DNA from: an uncultured delta proteobacterium
GTDB taxonomy: Bacteria; Myxococcota_A; Polyangia; Polyangiales; JAFGIB01
Length of the DNA: 64,000 nucleotides
Reading direction: 5' to 3'
NCBI GenBank assembly: GCA_963778655.1
Contig: CAVZVA010000003.1
Coordinates: 640,001 to 704,000 of the forward strand
Shown: in pieces, positions 40,197-49,945 of the stretch
Numbering within the stretch: the stretch's first letter is position 1
Layout: each line of letters begins with the position of its first letter
Translations under genes and position numbers: made by a program
Notes under the pieces: generated by a model
Databases searched by the model: none
What the model was told of the DNA's origin: nothing
The model's input: only the letters and a program-made list of their open reading frames with translations

Positions 40197-41273
40197 CTAG
40201 GGTCCCGCATCAGGGGTCGCCGCGGCCGTTCCACAGGGCTGCAAGACGGTGATGAACCAGGGGGCGGGATTCGTGCACGTGCCGCATTCCAGAGCGACCA
40301 GCCACGTACCGCTGTCGTCGATGCCGGTGAATGGCACGCCGGTCTTGGTCATCGTGCTCGAGAGATGGAAGCTCGAGCCCGACGAGACCGCGCCCTGGTA
40401 GAGCTGGTCGGCGATCATGTCTAGGTCGAGGAAGCGGTCCTGAAGCTCGGCCACGCTCTGCGAGTACTTGCCCACCAAGACCTGGGTGATGTAGGTCGGG
40501 TCGAAATCCGCGCCGTGCGAGTTCTTCTTGATCTGGGACCAATCGATGGTGATGTCGCCGCGCCCGGTGGGAACCTGCACCGGCTGCAGGCTCTTGAGAT
40601 CGACCTGGAATTGAAGCGACGCCGAATCCGAGCTCAGCGCTATCTGGGTATTGGTAGACGTATCGTCCAGGCGGAACGACTCGATCATGCGCGTGCCCTT
40701 GCCGGGCGTCGTCCCAGTCATCGCCATCACGGTGTAGGCGTGCGTGCTCTGATCGATCTTGGTGGGGTCGAGGTAGCCCAACAACGTCGCCTGGTCGATC
40801 GGCTGCATGAACTCGGTGAATTCGAACAGCTTCGCGGAGCTTCGCGCGTTGTTCGTGTACACCATCGAGATCGCCTCGAAGTCGCGCTGCTGCAGCGTGT
40901 CCTCGTTGAGCTTGGTGGCGAGCTCGGCGGGCGTCAGCTTCCACACGATGAGCGAGACCATGTCGATGTCGGCGAGCGGGTCGACGGTGTGCTTGCTGAA
41001 GTCGCGCATGACCGCGCTCCAGTCGAAGGACAGCTCCGACCTGGGCTTGACCGCCGCCTCGTTCAGCGTGAGCGTGCTGACGAAGCTGTAGTCGTTGGCT
41101 TCCGCCGCCTCCAGAAGCAGGCTGCCGTCCGCGTTCGAGCTCAACCCGCAGACCGCCGGCCCGGTCGGAGCGCCGCCACCGCTGCCACCACCACCGCCGC
41201 TGTCTTTCGACCCGCAGCCCGCGAGGCACGTGAGCACGACGACGAGGAGGAGCAGGCTAGCTTTGTAGGTCAT
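40197..41273 (-). CDS. Lipoprotein of unknown function with internal duplication
   Basis: Lipobox LAG-C; two related segments (LSFDWS..DP / ITIDWS..DP); C-terminal CGTCTNPAPW. Confidence 0.78.
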   Translation of the reverse strand: MTYKASLLLLVVVLTCLAGCGSKDSGGGGGSGGGAPTGPAVCGLSSNADGSLLLEAAEANDYSFVSTLTLNEAAVKPRSELSFDWSAVMRDFSKHTVDPLADIDMVSLIVWKLTPAELATKLNEDTLQQRDFEAISMVYTNNARSSAKLFEFTEFMQPIDQATLLGYLDPTKIDQSTHAYTVMAMTGTTPGKGTRMIESFRLDDTSTNTQIALSSDSASLQFQVDLKSLQPVQVPTGRGDITIDWSQIKKNSHGADFDPTYITQVLVGKYSQSVAELQDRFLDLDMIADQLYQGAVSSGSSFHLSSTMTKTGVPFTGIDDSGTWLVALECGTCTNPAPWFITVLQPCGTAAATPDAGP

Positions 41274-41351
41274 GACGCTCTCGATGCGGCACCGGTATGC
41301 CGTTCGTTTGCTTCACCGCGCTGAAGGTCGGTCGCGTTGGCGTTATTGGCG

Positions 41352-42932
41352 TTAGTAGCGGGGAGGCGGTCCATATAGGGAGTCGCGGTACTGGGTGTAG
41401 CTCGTGGCGCCCCCGATGTCCCAGGCCAAAGACCTCACCAGCTTGCCATCGGGATCGACCTCGTGCATCAGTCCCGACGTGGTGTAAGTGACCAGGGTGT
41501 TTCCGTTGGGCAGGCGCTGCACGTCGCCCAGCACGAACGACGTGCTGCCTCCGTCATAGTGCCAGACCCGGGTTGCGGTGTGTGCGGTGAGATCGAGCTG
41601 AAGCTCGTAGGCGATCGAATTTTGACCGACGTCGCCGTTGTTGAACATCAACATGCGGTCGGGGCTGATCTCGTGAAATCCGTGCTGCCGCGACCAGGTC
41701 GCGCCGTCCCCGGTGAAGCTGTTCTTGGCGCCGCCGAGCACCCACAGCACTTTGCCCTGCCGGGTGACCCGCATGTAACAGTTCTGGTCCAGGTCGCCGA
41801 AGGTGTAGGTGTCATCGCCCGCGAAGTAGTGGATCGCATTGACGTGACACATCGTGCTGCCGTGGGCGTCTTGCGCGTTGATCACCTGATGGGTGGTTCC
41901 GTCCGGCGCGCGCTCCACGATCGCGTCGCAACCTCTGTTCTTGTCGAACTGGATGAACCCCACGGTGCCGTCCGGGAGCACAGTCAGATCATGGTGGCCA
42001 TCGCCGAACTCGCTGTTGATGTCGAACCGCTGGACGTCCATGCCGTCCATGCTGACCCTAACCACCATCGGATTCCCGCCCTGAACGTTGACGTTGCGAA
42101 TCCACATGTACTTGCCGTCCTCCGTCATTCGCGAGGACGACACGTCCGATCCGATGTCGAACCACCACACGTAGTCCCCATCGGCGTCGACGATGAACGC
42201 GGGCCCGGCCGAGCCGCCGCCCGCCCCAGGGAAGCCGCCGATCCCGCCCGATCCGGGGGCCGTGAAGAAGCCCGTGACGATGTATCCCTTGCTGACCTTG
42301 TCGGGCTGGGGCGTGTCGACCTGAATCCGGGTCAGGTGCGTGCCGTTCGGGAGGTCACCCGTGTGCAGCATGTTGTCCGCGCCGGTGCAATCCTTACCCC
42401 CGGCGCTCACTACCACCCGGTAGTGATAGTCCTTCGACGGCTTCATGCCTAGCAGCAGCGTGCGGTAGCCCGGCTCGGTGAGATCCACCGGTGCCATCAT
42501 GCCGTAGGTGGTATCCAGCCCGAAGTCGATGTGGGCGGAGTCGATGCTGGTCATGTCGGTCGTGAAGGTGACGATTCCGACGGTGCTGATCGCGGTGCTC
42601 ATGGTCAGCGTCGGCGTGATCGTGCAGCTGACGCTCGGCGTGGCCGGCGCGCCGGCCGCTCCCATCATGCTCGTGCCCCCTGTCCCGCCGCCCATCCCCG
42701 CAGCGGCCATGGTGGGACCGCCTCCGTTTCCTCCGTTTCCTCCGGTGGTGATCACGCCCGGAGAGGCTGCGCCGCCGCCGACGCCGCCGGTGGCGACGAC
42801 CGACGTCCCGCCCGTCGGCATTCCGACCATTGCGCCGCCCCCGGATGGGGTACCGCCGCTGCTGCAGCCGAGCGCCAATACCAGGGCTGCCCCACTACCG
42901 AGAACGAGTGAAACGCGTGTGGTGAGACTCAT
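41352..42932 (-). CDS. Arylsulfate sulfotransferase (ASST)-like beta-propeller lipoprotein
   Basis: DGDYVWW, GHHDL, HVNAI, WVLGG, RQHG, FNNG, GDVQRLPNGNTLV; lipobox LALG-C. Confidence 0.78.
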   Translation of the reverse strand: MSLTTRVSLVLGSGAALVLALGCSSGGTPSGGGAMVGMPTGGTSVVATGGVGGGAASPGVITTGGNGGNGGGPTMAAAGMGGGTGGTSMMGAAGAPATPSVSCTITPTLTMSTAISTVGIVTFTTDMTSIDSAHIDFGLDTTYGMMAPVDLTEPGYRTLLLGMKPSKDYHYRVVVSAGGKDCTGADNMLHTGDLPNGTHLTRIQVDTPQPDKVSKGYIVTGFFTAPGSGGIGGFPGAGGGSAGPAFIVDADGDYVWWFDIGSDVSSSRMTEDGKYMWIRNVNVQGGNPMVVRVSMDGMDVQRFDINSEFGDGHHDLTVLPDGTVGFIQFDKNRGCDAIVERAPDGTTHQVINAQDAHGSTMCHVNAIHYFAGDDTYTFGDLDQNCYMRVTRQGKVLWVLGGAKNSFTGDGATWSRQHGFHEISPDRMLMFNNGDVGQNSIAYELQLDLTAHTATRVWHYDGGSTSFVLGDVQRLPNGNTLVTYTTSGLMHEVDPDGKLVRSLAWDIGGATSYTQYRDSLYGPPPRY

Positions 42933-43331
42933 CGCGATGCCCTTCGCTGCGCCACGTCGGCGCGACGATCATCGCCGCCACCGCGCTGCTGCGAGCGCTC
43001 CCGACTTCTAGAACGCTCAAGCAAGTTCAAGCTCGTTGCTTCTTAGAACTCAATAGCCGTCCGCAGGTGCCGGGTCAATGTGCAACTTGGCGCCATTTCC
43101 GACTGGACACCCAAGCTGGACCCCATCGGTGCGTGAGCGGCAATCTGCGCAGCGCGCGCACGCTGTCGCAATGTGTGTAAGCGCGGCGGTTTCTGCTCCG
43201 CGATCGCGATCTCGGTGGACTGCGCTCGACAGCGCGCCTACGGTCGAAACGACGTGATTGACCGGATGCGAGTGCCCCTCATCAAAGCGCCTGAAGTAAT
43301 TTCGCGATGCATGACCTTGCCCCCCAACCTT

Positions 43332-44879
43332 ATGCAAGATTCAGCTGACAGCTGCTCGCGACCGCTCGCGCCACGGACGCTCGCAAGCGGCCGCGCGGTT
43401 GCACCATGGGCTCATTGGCGAGCGCTTTGGCTTGCGCTGCTCGCAACGACAGCCGCGGCCCCGAGCGTGGCGCGGGCGGATGGATACTTCGAGGGCGTCA
43501 AGGGCGCGCGCGCCGCCGGGCGAGCGGGCGCCTCCATGGTGCGCGGGGACGACCTGTCCGCGGTCCAGCTCAACCCGGCGAGTCTCGCACACATCAAGGG
43601 CACACTGATCGAGCTCGGCAATCGCTTCTCCTACAATGCGCTGAGCTTCGAACGGCAGCCGACGCAGGACTGGGGCCATACCCAAAACGGGGTCCCTCCG
43701 CGGGTCCCCTTTGCCGAGGTTGACAACGGACAGCCGTGGCAGGCCGTCGATCCGATGCTCGGCGCCATTTCCGACCTCGGCCTGCGGGACTGGCGCTTCG
43801 CGCTGGCCATCTATTCGCCTGCGGGGGTGGGCCGCGAAGATTTCCCGATCGACGGCGGGCAGCGCTACATGATGGTCAGCCGCGACACGAAGATCATCGA
43901 CTACGGCGCCAGCGTTGCCTGGAACCACGACGACGTGTTCGGCTTCGGAGCCAGCTTGCTCTGGATCTGGATCCCCAAGCTGAAGTATCAGCTCGTGATC
44001 GACGCCAGCACCTTCCCGCGCAGCGCCAATCCGGTCTCGAGCGCGCTCGACATGCTGGCCACTGTGGACGGCTCCGATCCGTTCACCTTCAACATGGTCG
44101 TGGGCGCCTGGTACAAGCCCGCGCCTTTCCTGGAGCTCGGCATATCCGCGCAGGTGATCCCGACCCAGATCAAGGCTGCGAGCAAGCTCTCGCTCCAGCC
44201 GCTCACCTCTGCGATCATGGACCAGGTGGTGCTGCGACGCGGCACCGAGGTCACCAACGACGTGAGCCTGACGCTTCCGCTACCGATCACGGCGCGGGCA
44301 GGCGCGCGCTATGTCCGCCGCCAGGGCAAACGCGAGCTGTTCGACGTCGAGCTCGACGGCACCTATGAGGCCTGGTCGGCGGTCCGGGACTTCACGCTCG
44401 ACGCCCGCGGGCTAACCGTCGAGTTTCTGAGCCAGCGCCTGGCGCTCACCAAGATCGAGGTCCCGAAACACTGGCATGACACGGTCGGCGTCCAGCTCGG
44501 CAGCGACTACGCGGTGCTCGCCGACCTGCTGACGCTGCGCGGCGGGGTGTTCTACCAGACGGCGCTCGCCTCTCCGGCATACGCCCACGTCGACTTCCTG
44601 AGCGGGAGCAGGCTGGGCGCAACGATCGGCGCTTCGGTCTTGCTCGGCTCGTTCGAAATCGCGCTGGCGTACGAATATCGGTACATGCCGACAATCCGCG
44701 GGGCCGAGGCGGATGCGCGCGTCTATCAACAGACGCCGGGCAGTCAGTGCGTGGCGCCCTATACCGACCCGGACCTGTGCAACGCGGCGTATCTCGGGCA
44801 GCCGGCGCCGGCCGTGAACGCGGGCAGCTACCGCGCGGATTCGAGCGTCGCCTCGCTGGATCTGCTCTATCGCTTCTGA
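43332..44879 (+). CDS. FadL/OmpP1/TodX-family outer-membrane transporter
   Basis: After the signal peptide: DGYFE..GARAAGRAGA..DDLSA..LNPASL; C-terminal LDLLYRF; start codon uncertain. Confidence 0.8.
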   Translation: MQDSADSCSRPLAPRTLASGRAVAPWAHWRALWLALLATTAAAPSVARADGYFEGVKGARAAGRAGASMVRGDDLSAVQLNPASLAHIKGTLIELGNRFSYNALSFERQPTQDWGHTQNGVPPRVPFAEVDNGQPWQAVDPMLGAISDLGLRDWRFALAIYSPAGVGREDFPIDGGQRYMMVSRDTKIIDYGASVAWNHDDVFGFGASLLWIWIPKLKYQLVIDASTFPRSANPVSSALDMLATVDGSDPFTFNMVVGAWYKPAPFLELGISAQVIPTQIKAASKLSLQPLTSAIMDQVVLRRGTEVTNDVSLTLPLPITARAGARYVRRQGKRELFDVELDGTYEAWSAVRDFTLDARGLTVEFLSQRLALTKIEVPKHWHDTVGVQLGSDYAVLADLLTLRGGVFYQTALASPAYAHVDFLSGSRLGATIGASVLLGSFEIALAYEYRYMPTIRGAEADARVYQQTPGSQCVAPYTDPDLCNAAYLGQPAPAVNAGSYRADSSVASLDLLYRF

Positions 44880-45159
44880 ACGCGTGCCGCTGAGCCGTGC
44901 CCAGCGGCACGCGGCGATCGCGCGCGCCAACGACGCGAGCTTCTCGCCAGCAAGCCCACGGGGAATGTGCGTTCACAGCACGCATCCCTGCGGGCGCGCC
45001 AGTGGCGCCACGCGTGGACAAACGCGCGGCACGCGTGCTAGGCCAGCCTGTAGCCGAGCTTGGCCCGCCGAAATGCCACGGCGCTGGCAGCGGCCCGCGA
45101 TATGGAGGTCGAGCCTGCGCTTGGCCGCCCGCACTCCCAGACGGACCACCCCAGCAGCC

Positions 45160-46311
45160 ATGGACAGCATCCTGTATCGAATGCGCCGCGTGTACCGCGT
45201 CCTGCGGCGAACGCACGGCGTCTACGTCATACCGCTGTTCCTCGCCCCGCTGTTCGCGTTGCTGCGGATGCTCGTCGGTCTGGGCATGGCGCTCGACCAC
45301 GTGCTGTTCCCGCGGCTTTCCCGCACGCGCGTGAGCCGGCCGATCGTGCTGGTCGGAAACCCGCGCACGGGCACCACCTTCCTTCAGCGCTTCCTGGCCG
45401 ACGAGGGCTTCGGCTGCGGGATGGAGCTGTTTCTGATGCTCTATCCTTCGCTCGCGCTGCAGCGCGCGCTGCGGCCGCTGCTTCCGCTGCTGGAAAAGCT
45501 CAGCCCCGCCAAGTTCCACTCGACCGAGGCCCACCAGACCAGTCTGTCCTCGGTCGAAACCGACGACGTGGCCGTGCTGTTCAGGTACCTCGACGGCTTC
45601 TTCCTCTACGGGTTCTTCCTGTCCTTCGACGACGAGGACATGCTGCCGTCGGTGGACCCCCGCGTGCGCGACACCAGCGAGCGCGACTTTGGCTGGCTCG
45701 AAGCGCTGTGGAAGCGCAGCCTCCTCCTGCACGGGGGCGAGCGCAACGTGGCGAAGCTGTTTTCGATCGCGGTGCGTCTACCGCGCTTTCTCGAGCGCTT
45801 TCCCGACGCCCAGATCCTCTACATGGTGCGCGATCCGCTCTCGGTGATTCCGAGCTCGATGAGCCTGGTGGTCGGCGTGCTCGACCGCGCGTTCGGGTTC
45901 TGGTCCTTGCCCGAAGCAACACGGACCCGCTGGCTGCAACGCATGTACAAGGCGTGGATCCTGCTGTTCCAGAGGTTTCACGAGGATTGGACCAGCGGCG
46001 CCATCGACCAGAGTCGCGTGTTCATCGTGCGCTACGACCTGATGATGACCGATTTCGAACGAGTGATGCGGGATATGTGCGCGTTCTTGAATCACGAAAT
46101 GACGCCGGAGCTTCGCGCCGTCGTGGCCGAGCGCGCCGAGGCGCAGCGGAAGTACGAATCGGAGCACCGCTACAATCTAGCCAAGTTCGGGCTGAGCGAA
46201 GAGGAGATCCGGCGCGACTGTGCCTTCTACTACGACGCCTTCCTGCCGCCCCTGAACGGCCCCACAGCGACGGCAGACGCTGCCGTCGTTCAGGCAGCCG
46301 CGACGAAGTGA
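45160..46311 (+). CDS. PAPS-dependent sulfotransferase
   Basis: 5'-PSB loop GNPRTGTTFLQ, 3'-PB motif YMVRDPLSVIPS, N-terminal hydrophobic segment, C-terminal HRYNL..FGL; start taken at ATG 45160. Confidence 0.88.
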   Translation: MDSILYRMRRVYRVLRRTHGVYVIPLFLAPLFALLRMLVGLGMALDHVLFPRLSRTRVSRPIVLVGNPRTGTTFLQRFLADEGFGCGMELFLMLYPSLALQRALRPLLPLLEKLSPAKFHSTEAHQTSLSSVETDDVAVLFRYLDGFFLYGFFLSFDDEDMLPSVDPRVRDTSERDFGWLEALWKRSLLLHGGERNVAKLFSIAVRLPRFLERFPDAQILYMVRDPLSVIPSSMSLVVGVLDRAFGFWSLPEATRTRWLQRMYKAWILLFQRFHEDWTSGAIDQSRVFIVRYDLMMTDFERVMRDMCAFLNHEMTPELRAVVAERAEAQRKYESEHRYNLAKFGLSEEEIRRDCAFYYDAFLPPLNGPTATADAAVVQAAATK

Positions 46312-46323
46312 GGCAACGGGTCA

Positions 46324-48702
46324 ATGCTTCGCCGCTACGTCACCCGGGTCGTCGCGCGGCCGAAGCTGGTGATCGTGTTGATCGCGCTGGTCACGATCGT
46401 GCTGGCCGGCTTCATCGGCAAGCTGAGGGTGCTGCTCGACATCGACGCCCAGATCCCGCCCGGCCATCCGCTGGTCGTGGTCGGCAAGCGCATCGAGAAG
46501 CTCTTCGGCGGCAAGTACATGACCGTCGTCGGCATCTATCCCGAGGACGGCAGCATCTACACGCCGAAGATCCTGGCCAAGGTCAAACGCATCAATGACG
46601 CGCTGGAGCGCCTGCCGGGCGTCAAGCCCGGCAGCGTGCTGTCCTTGATGTCCCGGCGCGTCAAGGACGTGAAGAGCTCCGAAGACGGCATCGAGGTCGT
46701 CCCGCTGGCCGACAAGGTGCCGCAGACCGCCGCCGAGATCGCGAACTTCCGCCGGCGAGTGCAGCGCAATCGCCTGGTCACGAGCTTGCTCGTCAGCGAC
46801 AACGGGCGCGCCACCGCGGTGATGGTCGACTTCGATGATTTCGCCAAAGCCGGCGGCGCCAAGGGCCTCTATCTCCGCCTGCAGCGCATCCTCGAGCCCG
46901 AACGCGAGGCGGGGATCGAGATTCGCAGCGCGGGCGCGCCGCCGGTCCTGTACTGGCTGCTGATCTACACGCGCCGCGTGGCAGTGCTGTTCCTGCTCGC
47001 GCTCGGGATAATCGGCTACCTGCACTACCGCGCGTTCAGAACGCTGCAGGGGATGTTCGTGCCGCTGGTAACGGCGCTGATGGGCGTGGTCTGGGCGCTC
47101 GGGCTGATGGGCCTGATCCAGGCGCCGATGGACCCGTGGAACATCATGACGCCGATCCTGCTGCTCGCGATTGGCGCGGGCCATTCGGTCCAGATCCTGA
47201 AGCGCTACTACGAAGAATACCGCCGCGCCGGCATCGACCGGCCCGAGCTCTCCGCGGTGGAGCACAACCGGCTGGCGGTGATCGAGGCGACCACCAAGGT
47301 GGGCGCGGTGATGCTCGCGGCCGGAGCGATCGCCTCGCTCAGCTTCGGCTCGCTGGTGGCCTTCGGCCTGCCGTCGATCAGGAACTTCGGCCTGTGCACC
47401 GCGTTCGGCATCGTGGCCGCGCTCGCGGTGGAAATGACCTTCATTCCGGCCATCCGCGTGCTGATGGCGCCGCCTTCGGCGCGGCAGACCGAGCGCGAGC
47501 AGCGCGAGGAGTACTTCGACCCGATTCTGGAGAAGCTCGCCAGCATCATGCGCGCCGGCAAGGAGCGGCCGATTCTGTGGGTGTTCGTGGTGCTGATCGC
47601 GATCGCCGCCGTGGGCGTCGTGCGGCTCAAAGCCGGCAACAACCTGGGTGCTCAATTCTTCGAGGCCAACGCGCCGGTTCGGGGCTTCCGTCTCGCCGAT
47701 TCACGCCTGGCCGGCACCCGCGTGATCCAGGTGCTGGTCGAGGGCAAGGCCCCCGATGCGATCAAGGATCCAGAGGTGCTGAAGCGGATGGACGCGCTCT
47801 CGAGCTTCATCGCGCACCAGCCCCTGCCGATCGGCAAGGTGGTCTCGATCGTCGACGTGCTCAAGGAGCTGAGCCGCGTGATCGCCAACGACCCGCACGC
47901 GAAGTTGCCGGACAGCCCGGAGGCGGTGGCGCAGTACCTGTTGCTGTATTCGATGTCCGGCGACGACGACGATCTGAGTCGACTGGTGGACCACGACTTC
48001 CAGCGCGCCGTGGTGACCGCCTACGTGAAGACCGACGACTACACCAAGATGAAGGCAATGACGGTCGCCGTGCAGGCGCAGGCCGAGAAGCTGTTCGCCG
48101 GCACCAACGTCAAGGCGATGGTGGGCGGCGGAGTCACCAACGCGATCGCGCTCAACGAGACCATGGTCCGCGGCAAGACGATCAACCTGATCCAGATCTC
48201 GCTCTTGGTCGTGGTCATCACCGCGGTGCTGCTGCGCTCGCTGGCCGGCGGGCTGCTGGTGTTGCTGCCGCTGGCGACAGCGGCGCTGGTGAACCTCGGA
48301 CTGATGGGTTGGACCGGCATCCTGCTCTCGATGGGGACCGCCGCGATCTCCGCGATGGCGGTAGGGATCGGCGCGGACTACGCCGTCTACTTCCTGTTCC
48401 GGGTGCGCGAGGAGGTCGAACGCACGGGAGACCTGCGCGAGGCGACCGCGGTCGCGCTTACCACCTCGGGCAAGGCCATCGCCTACGTGGCGAGCGCAGT
48501 GGCCGGCGGCTATCTGTGCCTGGCGCTCTCGGGCTTCAAGGTGCACGTGCTGCTCGGCGTGCTGGTCGCGCTCACCATGGTGACCAGCAGCGCCGCGACC
48601 GTGGCCTTCCTGCCGGCGGTGCTGCTGCGGGTGAGGCCCGCCTTCCTGCTGCGCCGCGCCCCGGCCAAGCCCCGGCCCGAAGTCTCCGCGCTCTCGAGTT
48701 GA
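46324..48702 (+). CDS. MMPL/RND-family lipid transporter
   Basis: Two 1+5 TM repeats with periplasmic loops; VGIGADYAVY, SGKAI. Confidence 0.9.
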   Translation: MLRRYVTRVVARPKLVIVLIALVTIVLAGFIGKLRVLLDIDAQIPPGHPLVVVGKRIEKLFGGKYMTVVGIYPEDGSIYTPKILAKVKRINDALERLPGVKPGSVLSLMSRRVKDVKSSEDGIEVVPLADKVPQTAAEIANFRRRVQRNRLVTSLLVSDNGRATAVMVDFDDFAKAGGAKGLYLRLQRILEPEREAGIEIRSAGAPPVLYWLLIYTRRVAVLFLLALGIIGYLHYRAFRTLQGMFVPLVTALMGVVWALGLMGLIQAPMDPWNIMTPILLLAIGAGHSVQILKRYYEEYRRAGIDRPELSAVEHNRLAVIEATTKVGAVMLAAGAIASLSFGSLVAFGLPSIRNFGLCTAFGIVAALAVEMTFIPAIRVLMAPPSARQTEREQREEYFDPILEKLASIMRAGKERPILWVFVVLIAIAAVGVVRLKAGNNLGAQFFEANAPVRGFRLADSRLAGTRVIQVLVEGKAPDAIKDPEVLKRMDALSSFIAHQPLPIGKVVSIVDVLKELSRVIANDPHAKLPDSPEAVAQYLLLYSMSGDDDDLSRLVDHDFQRAVVTAYVKTDDYTKMKAMTVAVQAQAEKLFAGTNVKAMVGGGVTNAIALNETMVRGKTINLIQISLLVVVITAVLLRSLAGGLLVLLPLATAALVNLGLMGWTGILLSMGTAAISAMAVGIGADYAVYFLFRVREEVERTGDLREATAVALTTSGKAIAYVASAVAGGYLCLALSGFKVHVLLGVLVALTMVTSSAATVAFLPAVLLRVRPAFLLRRAPAKPRPEVSALSS

Positions 48703-48724
48703 GCCGCGCCGGATCGCAGGACGA

Positions 48725-49939
48725 TCAGTGTGCCTGCAGCTCGGGCCTGGTGAACAGAAGCCTGGCGGCCACGTTGACCATCAAGGTGAACAGGATGGCG
48801 CCGATCCCGAAGATGCCCATCGAGACCCTGAGCTCCACCCAGCTCGGCGTGTACTGGTAGATCTCGCCGAGCGTCGACGGAGTGAATCCCGGAACGACCA
48901 GGGCCACGCCCTTCTCCACGTAGACGCCGCAGTAGATCAGCACGGCTCCCAGGTTGAGCGTGATCAGGTTCTTGCGCGTCTTGGGGATCAGGAACAACAG
49001 AAACGCCGCCGAGCTGCTGAGGAGGGCCAGCCACGCATAGGGGGCGATCGGTGAAGAGCTGTACGCGCCCTGGCCGAACAGGTACTGGTATTGGATCAGC
49101 TCTCGAGTCTGAGAATAGTACTCGCGAAAGATCTCGGCTCCGAACAGAAACAGGTTGATGAACATCGCATAGGCCATCAGCTCGGCGATCTTGAACAAGG
49201 CGTCGTTGGTCACGTTGAGCCGTGTGGTGCGACGCAGGATCTGGAGCAGGATCAGGATGATCGCGGGGCCGGAACAGAACGCGGAGGCCAGAAAGCGCGG
49301 AGCCAGGATCGCGGCATTCCAGTAGCTGCGCGACGGCAAGCCGCTGAACAGAAAGGCGGTGACCGTGTGGATCGCCGCGGCGGCCGGAATCGAGAGGAAG
49401 ATCAGCGGCAGGGCAAAGCGTTCATTGTAGTGCTCGTGCTTGTACGCGCGGAACAGGATGTGCGTAGCGATGGTCACGTTCAACAGCAGGTATCCGCTGA
49501 GCACGACCACGTCCCACGCCAGCAGTGAGCGCGGGAAGTTGGGACGGCCGATGAACGGGATCATGTGCCAGATCCGCAACGGATTGCCGACATCCACCGT
49601 CACGAACAGTACGCACATGACGATCGCAGCGATCGCCAGCAACTCGCCGATCAGGGCGATCTCCTTGATCGGCTTCCAATCGTAGACGTAGGCAGGGATC
49701 ACCAGCACCACGGCGGCGGCGGCCACACCGACCAAGAAGGTGAAGTTGCCGATGTAGAATCCCCACGAAACCGCATCGCGCATGTTGGTCATGATCAGAC
49801 CATTCCTGAGTTGCTCGCGGTAGACGTCCACGCCGCTCGCGACCAGCGCCGACAGGAACGCCAGCCAGAGGTAGTAGATCGGCTTGCCCTTGAGCGATGC
49901 GAGCAGGCTGGCGCCGATGAATTTCAGGAAGGTCGGCAT
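48725..49939 (-). CDS. NrfD/PsrC-family membrane quinol-interacting subunit
   Basis: About 10 TM helices; VSWGFYIGNFTFLVGVAA, DVGNPLRIWH, SLLAWDV, HTVTAFL, LAPRFLASAF. Confidence 0.9.
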   Translation of the reverse strand: MPTFLKFIGASLLASLKGKPIYYLWLAFLSALVASGVDVYREQLRNGLIMTNMRDAVSWGFYIGNFTFLVGVAAAAVVLVIPAYVYDWKPIKEIALIGELLAIAAIVMCVLFVTVDVGNPLRIWHMIPFIGRPNFPRSLLAWDVVVLSGYLLLNVTIATHILFRAYKHEHYNERFALPLIFLSIPAAAAIHTVTAFLFSGLPSRSYWNAAILAPRFLASAFCSGPAIILILLQILRRTTRLNVTNDALFKIAELMAYAMFINLFLFGAEIFREYYSQTRELIQYQYLFGQGAYSSSPIAPYAWLALLSSSAAFLLFLIPKTRKNLITLNLGAVLIYCGVYVEKGVALVVPGFTPSTLGEIYQYTPSWVELRVSMGIFGIGAILFTLMVNVAARLLFTRPELQAH

Positions 49940-49945
49940 GCGCGG

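Noticed and set aside
43081..43095. Sigma54 promoter (TGGCGCCAAGTTGCA, minus strand)
   Set aside because: GG-to-GC spacing is 9 nt rather than the required 10
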